A DNA stretch of 64,000 nt from an uncultured Chloroflexia bacterium (GTDB taxonomy: Bacteria; Chloroflexota; Dehalococcoidia; UBA2979), in assembly GCA_963728205.1 (NCBI GenBank), contig CAVSIV010000001.1:768001-832000 (forward strand). The letters run 5' to 3'. The position numbers and the translations under genes are program-made. A model generated the notes under the pieces. The model was given only the letters and a program-made list of their open reading frames with translations. It did not search any database and was not told the DNA's origin. Positions within the stretch are counted from its first letter, which is position 1, and each line of letters opens with the position of its first letter. This document shows positions 48,192 to 58,568 of the stretch, piece after piece.

Positions 48192-50015
48192 CTAGAACGC
48201 CTCCGCCGGCATCGCCAGCATGCTCTCGCCGCCCGCGCGCACCTTCGCGACCAGCGACTGCACGTCGGGCAGCATGCGGTCCATGAAGAACCGCGCCAGT
48301 GCCAGCTTGCGCTCGTAGAAGTCCGCGTTCGCCGGGCGCTCCGCGAGGCGCGACTGCGCGACCTCGGCCATGCGCCCCCACATCAGGCCGAGCGCGAGCA
48401 GCCCCAGCGCGCGCAGGTAGTCGCTCGCCGCCGCGCCGGCTTCGTCCGGGTTCGCCATGCCGCGCTGTGCGATGAACATCGTCGCCTCGCGCGCCTGGCC
48501 CAGCGCGACCGCCAGCGGCGCGACGTACCGCTCCAGCGATGCGTCGCCGTTGTGCTGCTCGACGAACGCCGCCACCGGCCCGAAGAGCTCGTTGCCAAGC
48601 GCGTTGCGCAGCTTGCGGCCGACGAGGTCCATCGCCTGCACGCCGTTCGTGCCCTCGTAGATCATCGCGATGCGGGCGTCGCGGACGAACTGCTCCATGC
48701 CCATCTCGCGGATGTAGCCGTAGCCGCCGAAGCACTGCATGGCGAGGTTCGTCGACTCGAATCCCATGTCGGTGAGGTACGCCTTGAAGACCGGCGTGAG
48801 GAACTGGAGGAGGTCGTCGGCCTCCTTGCGGCGGGCGGCGTCGGGGTGCCAGCGCGCGATGTCCGTCTGCAGGAACAGCCAGGAGCCGAGCGCGCGGGCG
48901 CCCTCGACGAACGCGCGCGCGGTCATCAGCATCCGGCGGACGTCCGGGTGCGCGATGATCGGGTCCGCCGGCTGGTCGGGCGCCTGCGCGCCGCTCGGCG
49001 CGCGGCCCTGCAGGCGCTCGCGCGCGTAGGCCGCCGCGTTCTGGTACGCGACCTCCGCGAGCGCGACGCCCTGCTGGCCGACGCCGATGCGCGCGACGTT
49101 CATCATCGTGAACATCTGGCGCAGGCCGCCGCCCGCCGGGGCACCGCCGCCCTCGCCCGCGCCCGCGCCCCCGGCCTCGTCCCCGACGAGGTAGCCGACC
49201 GCGCCGTCGTAGTTCATGACGCAGGTCGCGTTGCCGTGGATGCCCATCTTCTCCTCGATGGACCCGGCCTGGACGGCGTTGCGCTCGCCCAGCGTCCCGT
49301 CGGCGTTCACGAGGAACTTCGGCACGATGAAGAGGCTGATGCCGCGCGTGCCCTCGGGCGCGCCGGGGATGCGCGCCAGCACCAGGTGCACGATGTTCGC
49401 GGCGAGGTTGTGCTCGCCGGCGGAGATGAAGATCTTCGTCCCCGTGATCCGGTACGTGCCGTCGCCCGCCGGCTCCGCGCGCGTCTTCAGCAGCGCGAGG
49501 TCGGTGCCGGCCTGCGGCTCGGTGAGGTTCATCGTCCCGGTCCACTCGCCGGTCGCGAGCTTCGCGATGAAGCGGCTGCGCAGCGCCTCGGAGCCGTGCG
49601 CGCCAATCGCCGCGTACGCGCCCTCGGTGAGCGTGGGGTACATCGAGAACGCCATGTTCCCGCTGATCAGCATCTCCGAGAATGCGGCGCCCACCGTGGC
49701 CGGCAGGCCCTGGCCGCCGTGATCGGGAGCCGTGGTGAGCGCACCCCAGCCCGACTCCACGAACTGGCGGTAGGCATCTTTGAAGCCGGTCGGCGTGGTG
49801 ACGACGCCGTCGTGGATCGTGCACCCCTCGCGGTCACCGATCGCGTTGAGCGGCGCGACGACGCCTTCGACGAAGCGCGCGCCCTCCTCGAGCACGGCGT
49901 CGGTGACCTCGCGCGGCGCACGGCCGAACGGCGGCAGGTCGGCGTACTGCTCGACGTGGAGCAGCTCGTGGAAGAGGAACTTGTAGTCGTCGACGGGAGC
50001 CCGGTAGCTCGCCAT
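48192..50015 (-). CDS. acyl-CoA dehydrogenase (long FadE5/DmdC-like type)
   Basis: GTMNLTEPQAGTDL, GTKIFIS, KMGIHGNATC, GGYGYI, IYEGTNGVQAMDL. Confidence 0.95.
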   Translation of the reverse strand: MASYRAPVDDYKFLFHELLHVEQYADLPPFGRAPREVTDAVLEEGARFVEGVVAPLNAIGDREGCTIHDGVVTTPTGFKDAYRQFVESGWGALTTAPDHGGQGLPATVGAAFSEMLISGNMAFSMYPTLTEGAYAAIGAHGSEALRSRFIAKLATGEWTGTMNLTEPQAGTDLALLKTRAEPAGDGTYRITGTKIFISAGEHNLAANIVHLVLARIPGAPEGTRGISLFIVPKFLVNADGTLGERNAVQAGSIEEKMGIHGNATCVMNYDGAVGYLVGDEAGGAGAGEGGGAPAGGGLRQMFTMMNVARIGVGQQGVALAEVAYQNAAAYARERLQGRAPSGAQAPDQPADPIIAHPDVRRMLMTARAFVEGARALGSWLFLQTDIARWHPDAARRKEADDLLQFLTPVFKAYLTDMGFESTNLAMQCFGGYGYIREMGMEQFVRDARIAMIYEGTNGVQAMDLVGRKLRNALGNELFGPVAAFVEQHNGDASLERYVAPLAVALGQAREATMFIAQRGMANPDEAGAAASDYLRALGLLALGLMWGRMAEVAQSRLAERPANADFYERKLALARFFMDRMLPDVQSLVAKVRAGGESMLAMPAEAF

Positions 50016-50155
50016 GGGTGTGGCCTCGCCTTCGATGCGGAACGGGCGCGCGGTGGGTTGCGCGGGGTCGCAGCGATCGTCTCACGGGGCGGTGGCGGCC
50101 CGGCACCGGGCGAACGTCCCACGGGCGGGTAGCCGAACGGCGGATCGGCCGAGGC

Positions 50156-50413
50156 TCAGCGCCAGTCCAGGAGCAGGAAGGTCGCGACCCAGAGCACGGC
50201 GCCGAGCGCCGCCGCTGCGAACAGTCCGCGCCGGGCCGCGCGTGAGAACCCGTGGCGCGACACGAATGCGAGCCACACCGCGGCGGCGGCGACGCACCAC
50301 GCGAGCGCGTGCGATGCGAAGAAGGCGGCGACGAGCGGCACCGCGGGGAAGAGCGCGAGGGCGACGAGGACGCGGCCGCGCACGCGGCGCGCGGCGCGTT
50401 GCAGTGCTGTCAC
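50156..50413 (-). CDS. small hypothetical membrane protein
   Basis: 85 aa, 3 hydrophobic segments, SD GGGAG. Confidence 0.5.
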   Translation of the reverse strand: MTALQRAARRVRGRVLVALALFPAVPLVAAFFASHALAWCVAAAAVWLAFVSRHGFSRAARRGLFAAAALGAVLWVATFLLLDWR

Positions 50414-50610
50414 GCATGTACTCCCGGAGCGTAATCGCGAGGGTACCGCTCGGCCGCGTCCGCCTCGAGCGCGCGGGGGGGTGACGACCCGTCCACCGCC
50501 CGCTCGTCCGGGCCGCCGGGGGGCCTTCGGCCCTGCCCGCGCTGCGGCCGCGCGCTCAGGATCGGATGCGGTGGCGCGGCCGGAGCGCCGCGCGGAATGC
50601 GAGTGATGTC

Positions 50611-51378
50611 ATGCAACTCGCGGCTGCCGGTGGCCGGGACGAGAGGCGCGTCGTCGCGTGGCGCGCCGCAGCGGGGTTCGTGGTCGCGGGTGCGCTCGTG
50701 ATGTTCGCGGGGCTGATGCTCGGGCCGACGCCGGGGACCGACCCGGCGGATGCGCTGCGGCGCATCGACGACACGCGCACGCTCTACGTCGCGACGAACG
50801 GCGTCGACCTCATCGGGGTGGCGCTGCTCGGCGTCGGGCTGCTGCTCGTGGCGCGGCTGCTGGCGAGCGGGGTCGATGGGGTCGCGGAGGGCGCTGTCGG
50901 CGGGGTCGCGGCCGCGGTGGGGACGACGCTCGTCGCGGTCGTCCTCGTGATCCAGACGGCCGTCGATCCCGGCATCGCGGGGCGCTTCGTGTCGGCGAGC
51001 GGCGCCGAGGCGGCGACGCAGCTCGCGGTGGGCCGCGCGTTCCTCGATTTCGAGGGCGGACTCTTCGGCATCGCGATCATGGCGGAGATGACCGGCATCG
51101 CGTGCCTGGCGGCGGGGCTCGCGCGTCAGGTCGCGCGCGGCCTTGCGCCGCACGTGGACGCGCGCGTCGCGCTGTTTGGCGCCGCGATCGCCGGGCTCGC
51201 CGCTGTCACCGGCGTCGGCTTCTTCGCCGACGGCCTCGCGTGGCTGGAGCGGATCGAGGCGTTGTGCTCGCTCGCGACGCTGGTCTGGCTCGTCGTCGCC
51301 GGCGTGCTGCTGTACCGTGCGGCCCGCGCGCCGCGGACGCCGGGCGTGGACGTGAGCCTGTCGCTCCGTGTCCGCTAG
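50611..51378 (+). CDS. hypothetical multi-pass membrane protein (DUF4386-like)
   Basis: About 6 hydrophobic segments; start uncertain. Confidence 0.6.
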   Translation: MQLAAAGGRDERRVVAWRAAAGFVVAGALVMFAGLMLGPTPGTDPADALRRIDDTRTLYVATNGVDLIGVALLGVGLLLVARLLASGVDGVAEGAVGGVAAAVGTTLVAVVLVIQTAVDPGIAGRFVSASGAEAATQLAVGRAFLDFEGGLFGIAIMAEMTGIACLAAGLARQVARGLAPHVDARVALFGAAIAGLAAVTGVGFFADGLAWLERIEALCSLATLVWLVVAGVLLYRAARAPRTPGVDVSLSLRVR

Positions 51379-51422
51379 TTGTCGCTCGCGCCGGCGCCTG
51401 GCGCAGCGGGAGGGCGGAGCCG

Positions 51423-51797
51423 ATGTCACGAACCCCTGAGAACGTCGTGCGCGACTTCTGCGCGGCATGGTCGCGCCGCGACGTCGACGAGATCATGGCG
51501 TACTTCGTCGACGACGCGACCTACCACAACATGCCGGGCCCGCCGGTCGGCGGCCGGGATGCCATTCGCGCCACGATCGCGCGCTTCCTCGGCGGCTGGG
51601 CGTGGACCGAGTGGGAGATCCGGTACATCGCCGCGGCCGGGCCGACGGTGCTGACGGAGCGAGTCGATCACATTCGAAGCGCCGACGGTCGCACGCTCGA
51701 TCTCCCGGTCGCCGGCGTGTTCGAGGTGGACGGCGAGCGCATCCGCGCGTGGCGCGACTACTTCGACCTCGCTACGTACCAGCGCGCGCTCGGGTAG
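51423..51797 (+). CDS. limonene-1,2-epoxide hydrolase family (NTF2-like)
   Basis: YHNMP, VLTERVD, LPVAGVFEV, WRDYFD. Confidence 0.88.
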   Translation: MSRTPENVVRDFCAAWSRRDVDEIMAYFVDDATYHNMPGPPVGGRDAIRATIARFLGGWAWTEWEIRYIAAAGPTVLTERVDHIRSADGRTLDLPVAGVFEVDGERIRAWRDYFDLATYQRALG

Positions 51798-52058
51798 GTC
51801 CGGCTGCGCGCTCGGCGGCGCACGGCGCCTAGCCGACGTGCCGGCCGCAGGTCGCGGGCGACGCGTGCACGCTTGCAATCGCGTGTGATTCGCGTTCGTG
51901 ATGCTTCGCAAACTGTGACAAGACTCGGCATTTCGTCACATGTGGGGCGACCACGTGCGTGGTCTGCCACGTCTACGATCCGCGCACCTCCGCATCCCAC
52001 CACGCGGACGGCCCGGGCGCCGCGGCCCGGCCCGGCCGAACGGCGAGAGGAGCGATCC

Positions 52059-53453
52059 GTGGCAGAAGCCCCGCAACGTCCGTCCACCGTGGCGCGCATC
52101 GCAGCGCGCGTCGACCGGCTGCCGTTGACGCGAGTGCAGTGGGAGCTGGCGATCCTCACGCAGATCGCGTGGGGACTGATCGTGCTCGACACGGACGGCA
52201 TTCCCGCCCGGCTCTATCCGTTCATCTGGAAGCCGAACCACCTGATGACGACGTTCCAGTACGCCGTGATCCAGGCGCTCGCGGTCGGCCTCGGCATCCT
52301 CATCGGCGACTTCATCATGGGCTTCGTCGCCGACCACTTCGGCCGGCGAAGGGCGATCATCGCGTCGGCGCTGCTCGCCGGCATGTTCGTGTGGCCGTTC
52401 GCCATCGTCACGAACTACACGGGGCTGGTCATCATCTCGGTGCTGAGCACGCTCGGCGTCGGCGGCATCCTGGCGACGCACTCGGTGTACATCGCCGAGG
52501 TGACCGGGCCTGAGACGCGCAACCGCGTGATGCTCGCGTCGCAATCCACGACGGCCGCGATCGGTGTCGCGATCGGCCTGCTTGCGTTCTTCTGGATCCC
52601 GGACCACTACCACGCGTACATCTACGTCGCGGCCGGGGCGGAGATCTTCATCCTCCTGCCGCTGCTGATCTGGCGGCTCCCGGAATCGCCGCGCTGGCTC
52701 GAGGCGGTCGGCCGGCATCGCGAGGCCGAGGTGCAGATGGAGATCCTCGAGGCGCGCACGCAGGCGGCGTACGGCAAGCCGCTGCCCGAGCCGGACGCGA
52801 CCCAGCACGAGGTCGTCGACGCGGGACACCCGCTCGGGCGCTTCAAGGAGCTGATGACGCACCCGGTGTACCGCGTGCGGATCTTCCGGCAGCTCGCGGC
52901 CTGGATCCTCGGGTACGCCGGGATCATCTACGGCGCCGGGGCGTTCGTGTACGTCTACATGGTCGATCACGGCGGCAGCGCCCACTTCGTCTTCCTGATG
53001 GTGACGGTGTCGGGTCTGCTCATCTTCGTCGCATTCCACGCGAACTCGTACCTGCGCGAGCGGGTGGAGCGGAAGACGGTGATCCTGGTGGTGGCGGTGG
53101 TGTTCGCGATCCCGTACGGCGTGATGTACTTCGTGCCGACGCTGGCGGTGATCGCGATCTGCTACCTGATCGGCCGCGTGGGCGCCACGCTGTGGCTGTT
53201 CAACATGTACAACTACACATCCGTGTCGTTCCCCACGCGGCTGCGCTCCGTCGCGATGGGCACCGCGGACGGGCTCGGCCACCTGGGCGCGTGGGGCGGG
53301 GTCACGCTGCTCGGCAACCTCTACGGCGCGGGGCCGAACCACCTCGGGTGGTTCGTCTTCGTCGCGATCGCCGGCGCGCTCGCGCCGGCCGCGCTCATCT
53401 TCGGCTGGGGCATCCGCCAGAGCTCGATGGCGCTGGAGCACGTGGCGGCCTGA
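52059..53453 (+). CDS. MFS transporter (sugar porter/AAHS-like)
   Basis: ARVDRLP, ADHFGRR, YIAEV, LPESPRWL, FPTRLRS; SD GAGGAG. Confidence 0.9.
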   Translation: MAEAPQRPSTVARIAARVDRLPLTRVQWELAILTQIAWGLIVLDTDGIPARLYPFIWKPNHLMTTFQYAVIQALAVGLGILIGDFIMGFVADHFGRRRAIIASALLAGMFVWPFAIVTNYTGLVIISVLSTLGVGGILATHSVYIAEVTGPETRNRVMLASQSTTAAIGVAIGLLAFFWIPDHYHAYIYVAAGAEIFILLPLLIWRLPESPRWLEAVGRHREAEVQMEILEARTQAAYGKPLPEPDATQHEVVDAGHPLGRFKELMTHPVYRVRIFRQLAAWILGYAGIIYGAGAFVYVYMVDHGGSAHFVFLMVTVSGLLIFVAFHANSYLRERVERKTVILVVAVVFAIPYGVMYFVPTLAVIAICYLIGRVGATLWLFNMYNYTSVSFPTRLRSVAMGTADGLGHLGAWGGVTLLGNLYGAGPNHLGWFVFVAIAGALAPAALIFGWGIRQSSMALEHVAA

Positions 53454-53472
53454 TCCGGCGCGCGATCAGACA

Positions 53473-53500
53473 GAACGGCGGGCCTCCAGGCCCGCCGTTC
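53473..53500. terminator. probable terminator hairpin between convergent genes
   Basis: GAACGGCGGGCCT-CC-AGGCCCGCCGTTC. Confidence 0.6.
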
Positions 53501-53528
53501 GCGTTGTGCTGGATTACCGGGCGTCCTC

Positions 53529-53625
53529 GTCAAGCGGCGGCTGCATGCCGCCGATGCCGTCGCGGCCGTGCGGCTGGCGGCCGTGCGGCCGCCAGAGTGT
53601 CGGCGGCATGCTGCCGCCGCTTGAC
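53529..53625. repeat. REP/REPIN-like inverted palindrome doublet
   Basis: GTCAAGCGGCGGCTGCATGCCGCCGA ... TCGGCGGCATGCTGCCGCCGCTTGAC (26-bp inverted repeat, 1 mismatch). Confidence 0.7.
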
Positions 53626-53649
53626 GCGGGCGGCGGGGCGGGGCGTGCC

Positions 53650-54180
53650 TTAATGCGTGCCCTCGACGGCCAGCAGCGTCGGCATGCCCTGCATGCCGCG
53701 CAGCAGGTTGATCTCGCCACGGTGGCCGTTGAAGTGGCCCATCATGTGCAGCGAGATTGCCTGGCCGACGGTCTCCGTGCCGCCGCCGCGCGTCGGCATC
53801 TCGCGCTCGAGGTCGGCGTCGCCGATGCCCGCGAGGTAGGCCTCGGTCTGCGCGAAGACCGCGTCCTGGTACTCCGCGAACGCGGCCATGTCCTTGATGC
53901 GCACCTGCTGGGCGTCGTCGTCCGACATGCCCGTGCCGAAGCCCTCGCCGGGCAGGCCCGTGCGCTGCGCCCACTCTTCGCTCCACACCTGTGGCTGCTG
54001 GCGGATGCGCGCGTTGATGATCAGGTCCTCGACGCGCGCCGTGTGCCACACGCACCACGCGATCGAGTGGCTGCCGTGCTCGGGCACGAAGTGCAGCTGC
54101 TCGGGCGTGCCGTTGCGCGCGTCGCGCAGGGCGCGGTGCGCAAACTCCAGGCTGCTCTTGATGAAGTCGATCGTGCTCAT
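53650..54180 (-). CDS. DinB/YfiT-family protein
   Basis: HSIAWCVWHTARVED, HFNGHRGEI. Confidence 0.85.
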   Translation of the reverse strand: MSTIDFIKSSLEFAHRALRDARNGTPEQLHFVPEHGSHSIAWCVWHTARVEDLIINARIRQQPQVWSEEWAQRTGLPGEGFGTGMSDDDAQQVRIKDMAAFAEYQDAVFAQTEAYLAGIGDADLEREMPTRGGGTETVGQAISLHMMGHFNGHRGEINLLRGMQGMPTLLAVEGTH

Positions 54181-54232
54181 CGCGTCCTCCTCGCGTCTCG
54201 GGTCCCGCGTACCGCGTGCGGCGCGGACGGTA

Positions 54233-55441
54233 CTACGCGCGCTCGAAGAGCGCCGCGAGCCCCTGCCCGCCGCCGATGCACATCGTCTCGAGTCCGTAGC
54301 GCGCGTTGCGCCGGCGCAGCTCCGGCGCGAGCGTCGCGAGGATGCGCGCGCCCGTCGCCGCGATCGGGTGGCCGAGCGAGATGCCCGAGCCGTTCGGGTT
54401 GAGGCGGTCGTCGACCTCCGAGAGGCTCGTGCCCCAGCCCAGCAGCACCGAGAGCACCTGCGACGCGAACGCCTCGTTCAGCTCGATCACGTCGATCTGG
54501 TCGAGCCCCACCCCGGTCTTCGCCTTGAGCTTCGCGAACGCCGGGACCGGGCCCTCGCCCATGTACGCGGGGTGCACGCCGGCCGCCGCCCAGCCGCGCA
54601 GGAAGAGCGCGGGCTCGAGGTTGAGCTCCGCGAGCCGGTCGGCGGCGACCACCAGGCACATCGCCGCGGCGTCGTTCTGCGCGCTGGCGTTGCCGGCCGT
54701 CACCGTGCCGCCCGGCGTGATCGCGCGCAGCCGCGCGAGCGACTCCGCCGACGTGTCGGCGCGCGGGCCCTCGTCGGTGTCGACGACCACCGGGTCGCCG
54801 CGACGCTGCGGCACCGTCACCGGGACGATCTCGTCGGCGAAGCGGCCGGCCTGCTGCGCGGCGACCGCCCGCTGGTGGCTGCGCAGCGCGTAGGCGTCCT
54901 GTGCCTCGCGCGCGATGCCGTCGCGCTTTGCCAGGTTCTCGGCGGTCTCGATCATCCCGCTGATGTAGCCGACCCGCTCCTCGGGCGCCGCGCACACGCG
55001 GGCGCGGTCGAGCCGGTCGTGCAGCTGCAGCGACCCCTGCCGCACGCCCCAGCGCAACTCGCTGGTCGCGTAGAACTCGACGCGGCTCATCGACTCCACG
55101 CCACCGGCGAGAACGACGTCGGCGTTGTCGGTCTGCACGAGCATGGCCGCGTTGAGCACAGCCTGGAGGCCCGACGCGCAGCGGCGGTCGAGCTGATAGC
55201 CGGGCGTCTCGATCGGCAGTCCGGCCTTCAGGGCGACGATGCGGCCGACCGCCGGCTCCTCGCCGCTCGGGTAGCCGTGGCCGAGGATGACGTCGTCGAC
55301 GCGCTCCGGGTCGAGCCCCGTGCGCTCGAGGATGGCGCGCGCGACGGTCGCGCCGAGGTCGGCGGCGGCGACGTCCTTGAGCGCACCCCCGAACCGCCCG
55401 ACGGGCGTGCGCAGCGGGCTGACGATCGCAACTTCTCGCAT
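54233..55441 (-). CDS. acetyl-CoA C-acyltransferase (thiolase)
   Basis: RTPVGRFGG, DRRCASG, GGVESMS, ELNEAF, GHPIAATG, MCIGGGQG. Confidence 0.95.
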   Translation of the reverse strand: MREVAIVSPLRTPVGRFGGALKDVAAADLGATVARAILERTGLDPERVDDVILGHGYPSGEEPAVGRIVALKAGLPIETPGYQLDRRCASGLQAVLNAAMLVQTDNADVVLAGGVESMSRVEFYATSELRWGVRQGSLQLHDRLDRARVCAAPEERVGYISGMIETAENLAKRDGIAREAQDAYALRSHQRAVAAQQAGRFADEIVPVTVPQRRGDPVVVDTDEGPRADTSAESLARLRAITPGGTVTAGNASAQNDAAAMCLVVAADRLAELNLEPALFLRGWAAAGVHPAYMGEGPVPAFAKLKAKTGVGLDQIDVIELNEAFASQVLSVLLGWGTSLSEVDDRLNPNGSGISLGHPIAATGARILATLAPELRRRNARYGLETMCIGGGQGLAALFERA

Positions 55442-55596
55442 GGGGGAACCTCCAGGCTGCGGGGCGCGACGAGCATCGTAGCCGTTCCCGGCGAGCCGCC
55501 GGCATCGCCCGGCGGTCCTTCCCGCATCCCCCCGCCGCTCCTCCCGCGGCTCCCCGCGCGCCGCAGCATCTCCCCGCACGCGAGAGGAGCCGCCAC

Positions 55597-56454
55597 ATGC
55601 CCGCGGACGCCCGCGACGCCCTGGTCGAACGCGCGCGCACGGTCTTCGCCGCCGATCCGCGCGTGCTGGGCGCGTGGCTCGAGGGCTCGCTCGGCCGCGG
55701 CACCGCCGACGCCGCGTCCGACGTCGACCTCCACCTCGCCGTGCGCGACGCGGCCTTCGACGGCTTCGTCGCGAACCCCGACGCGCTGCTCGCGCGGCTG
55801 GCTGCGCCGCTCGGCTACCTCGACGTCCCGCTCCCGGCCGGCCGCCTCTTCGCCGCCGCGCTCGCCGGGCCCGTGCGCGTCGACCTCGCCGTCGAGCGAC
55901 GCGACGCGATCGCGACGGCGCCGCGCGAGGCGGGGCGCGTCGTCCTCTTCGATCGTGACGGCGTCGCGGCGTCGCTCGCGGCGGCGCCGCCGCCCGCGCA
56001 TGACGCCGCCGATCGCATTCGCGCGCTGATGCGCGGCTGCTGGATGGGCACGATGTGGCCGCACCGCTTCACGCAGCGCGAAGACTGGCCGGCGCTGCTG
56101 ATGAACGCGCTCACCGCCGTCCACCAGTTCGCCGTGCCCGCGATGCTGATCGCCGACGGATCGCCCGAGTTCTATCGCGACTGGTTCAGCGTCGCGCGCT
56201 TCCTGCGCCCGGAGCGCCGCGACGCGATCGCCCGCCTCTTCGCGCAGGGGTTGGACGCGTTCGCCGGCATCGACCGCGGCGCGCCGGACCGCGAGCGCCT
56301 CGCGCGCTTCCATGAGGCGTGCTTCGCCACGGTCTGGGGCGCGTTCCGCGACGCGTGCGCGGCCACGGGCGTCGCATACCCCGTCGCGGTCGAGCGCGAG
56401 TACCGCGACTATTGCCGTCGCGAGATGGGCGTCACCGTCCCCCCGCTCAACTGA
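55597..56454 (+). CDS. Pol-beta-like nucleotidyltransferase with helical C-terminal domain
   Basis: GSLGRGTADAASDVDL (GS...DxD) and RVDL. Confidence 0.75.
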   Translation: MPADARDALVERARTVFAADPRVLGAWLEGSLGRGTADAASDVDLHLAVRDAAFDGFVANPDALLARLAAPLGYLDVPLPAGRLFAAALAGPVRVDLAVERRDAIATAPREAGRVVLFDRDGVAASLAAAPPPAHDAADRIRALMRGCWMGTMWPHRFTQREDWPALLMNALTAVHQFAVPAMLIADGSPEFYRDWFSVARFLRPERRDAIARLFAQGLDAFAGIDRGAPDRERLARFHEACFATVWGAFRDACAATGVAYPVAVEREYRDYCRREMGVTVPPLN

Positions 56455-56734
56455 TCCGAAGCGGAGGCTTACGCGCGGCTCTTCGCGGTGCCGGGCGTGG
56501 ATCCGCGCGAGGCGGTGGCGATCGACGGCCGCGCGCGGCCGGCTGTCGCGGCTGCGATGGACGGCGCGACCACGGAGCTCGTCGGCGCCGAGGCTGCGGC
56601 TTCGCGGGGAGTGCGCCGGCGCACGCGTCGATCGCGCACGTCGGCGAGCTGCCGCCCCCCGCTGGCGATGCTCGGCGCGGCCGGCGGCTCGGCGGGACGG
56701 GGGCCCAGCCGCCGGGAACCGTGCCGATCGGGGA

Positions 56735-57301
56735 TCATCCGGACGCGCTTGTCTTGCGTCCCGTCTCCACCTGCACCGCGTCGAACTCCACCTCGACGCG
56801 CTCCGTGTAGCGCTCGCCGTTCTCGCGGTCGTGCCGCATGAACGCCGGCGGGTCGATCGCGACGCGCAGCCGGTACGTGCCGTCGCCCGGCACCGTCCAG
56901 TTGCGGCCGTAGTGGAACAGCCACGGGTGCCACAGGAAGGGCTGCTCGTGGGTGCCCACCTCCGTGCCGTCCTCCGCGATCAGCGTCGCGCGCACGGTCA
57001 GCGCCGGGATGAAACGACCGTCGTCGCGGTCGCGGACGACCACCTCCACGTGCAGGTTCTCGTCCTCGGCGGGTTCATGCCACGAGAGCGCGTCGTCCGC
57101 GAACCGGTACATGCCCTCTGCCTCTTCGACTGCGTAGCCCACGAGGTAGTCGCCGGCTGCCTGCTCCGCGCCGTGCGCCTCCTCGTGTGTCATGTGCTCG
57201 ACGGCGGCGCCGAAGGCGTCGCCCTCGCGCCGCGCGAGCCGGAGTTGCTCGGCCGTTGCCTCATTGCTCGGTTGCGTCGTGGAGCGCCTGGTCGGGGACA
57301 T
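56735..57301 (-). CDS. p19/Tp34-like metal-binding (Iron_transport-like) protein without signal peptide
   Basis: AEGMY, NLHVEV, GRFIP, HYGRN, GDGTY, PPAFMRHD; SD GGAGG. Confidence 0.65.
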   Translation of the reverse strand: MSPTRRSTTQPSNEATAEQLRLARREGDAFGAAVEHMTHEEAHGAEQAAGDYLVGYAVEEAEGMYRFADDALSWHEPAEDENLHVEVVVRDRDDGRFIPALTVRATLIAEDGTEVGTHEQPFLWHPWLFHYGRNWTVPGDGTYRLRVAIDPPAFMRHDRENGERYTERVEVEFDAVQVETGRKTSASG

Positions 57302-57491
57302 ACGTCCTCCTCTCTCTCACTGGATCGAGGCTAGACGACCCTGCTCGCAGGGCACTCGCGATATCGCGCACCGTCATGACCTTCGCATCGCGATTGGGCC
57401 CGTCACACCTGTCGAACCGCGCGATTCCGGCTCGCGCCCGCTACCATCGCGCGGCTCGGCGAGGGCCGAGCGCAGGGACCGGGGGGTGGCG

Positions 57492-58355
57492 GTGACCGAC
57501 GAGCCCGTGCAGCGCTTCGTCGACTCCCAGCGCGTGCGCATCGCGTACTGGGACTGGGGTAACGCGGGCGCGCCGCCGCTCGTGCTGGTGCACGGCGGGC
57601 GCGACCACGCGCGGTCGTGGGACCGCATTGCCGCCGCGTTTCGCGAGGACTACCACGTCGTCGCGCCCGACCTACGCGGCCATGGCGACTCGGACTGGAC
57701 GGTCGGGGGGACGTACGGCCTGCCCGACAACGCGCTCGACGTCGTCCGCGTGATCGAGTCGGTTGGCACGCCGGCGCGGGTGCTGTCCCACTCGTTTGGC
57801 GCGTCGATCAGCCTCGTGGCTGCCGCTACCTACCCCGAGCACTTCGCGGCAGTCGCGGCGATCGAGGGCACGCACTCGATGAATCCCGCGGCGAACGAGA
57901 TGGGACCGCAGTGGTTGCGCGCCTGGGGCGACCGCGTCCGCCAGTACGAGGGCCAGACGCCGCGCGTCTACCCGGACCTTGCTGCCGCGGCGGAGCGCAT
58001 GCACGAGGCGAACCCGCGCCTACCTGATGACTTCGTGCCCCACCTCGCCGCGTACGCCTCGAAGCCGGTCGAGGGCGGCCTGATCTGGAAGTACGACTTC
58101 TGGATGAACGCACGCACCTCGATGGAGATCCGGCGCGAGGAGCTGCCGCGCTTCTGGGCCGCCGTGGAGTGCCCCGTGCTGCTCGTGTTCGCGAGCGACA
58201 CGCGGGCGAACCAGCGCCCCGACGCCGAGCGCTTCTTCCGCGACGCGCGCACCGTGCGCATCGACGACGCCGGCCACTGGGTGCACCACGACCAGCCGGG
58301 GGCGCTGGTGGCCGCGCTGCGCCCGTTCTTCGCGGGCGAGGCGCGCCCGGACTAG
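57492..58355 (+). CDS. alpha/beta fold hydrolase
   Basis: LVHGGRDHARSWD, DLRGHGDS, SHSFG, AGHWVHHDQP. Confidence 0.92.
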   Translation: MTDEPVQRFVDSQRVRIAYWDWGNAGAPPLVLVHGGRDHARSWDRIAAAFREDYHVVAPDLRGHGDSDWTVGGTYGLPDNALDVVRVIESVGTPARVLSHSFGASISLVAAATYPEHFAAVAAIEGTHSMNPAANEMGPQWLRAWGDRVRQYEGQTPRVYPDLAAAAERMHEANPRLPDDFVPHLAAYASKPVEGGLIWKYDFWMNARTSMEIRREELPRFWAAVECPVLLVFASDTRANQRPDAERFFRDARTVRIDDAGHWVHHDQPGALVAALRPFFAGEARPD

Positions 58356-58568
58356 GAAGCCCCGCGGCGAGCAGCGAGCCGCGAGCAGCAACTGCGCTGG
58401 TCACGGTCGCCGAATACGCTGCCCCGCGTCGACGCCGCCGCGGGTCGCCCGCCGGGGGCCCTCTGGTGTCGCGGACTCGACGGTATCGCCGGCGAGTCGC
58501 GCTGCGCGTCGCAAGCCGCGGGGTCGGCGCGACCGCGCGCCGTCGCCGTTTCGCCAGGAGGATCGTTC

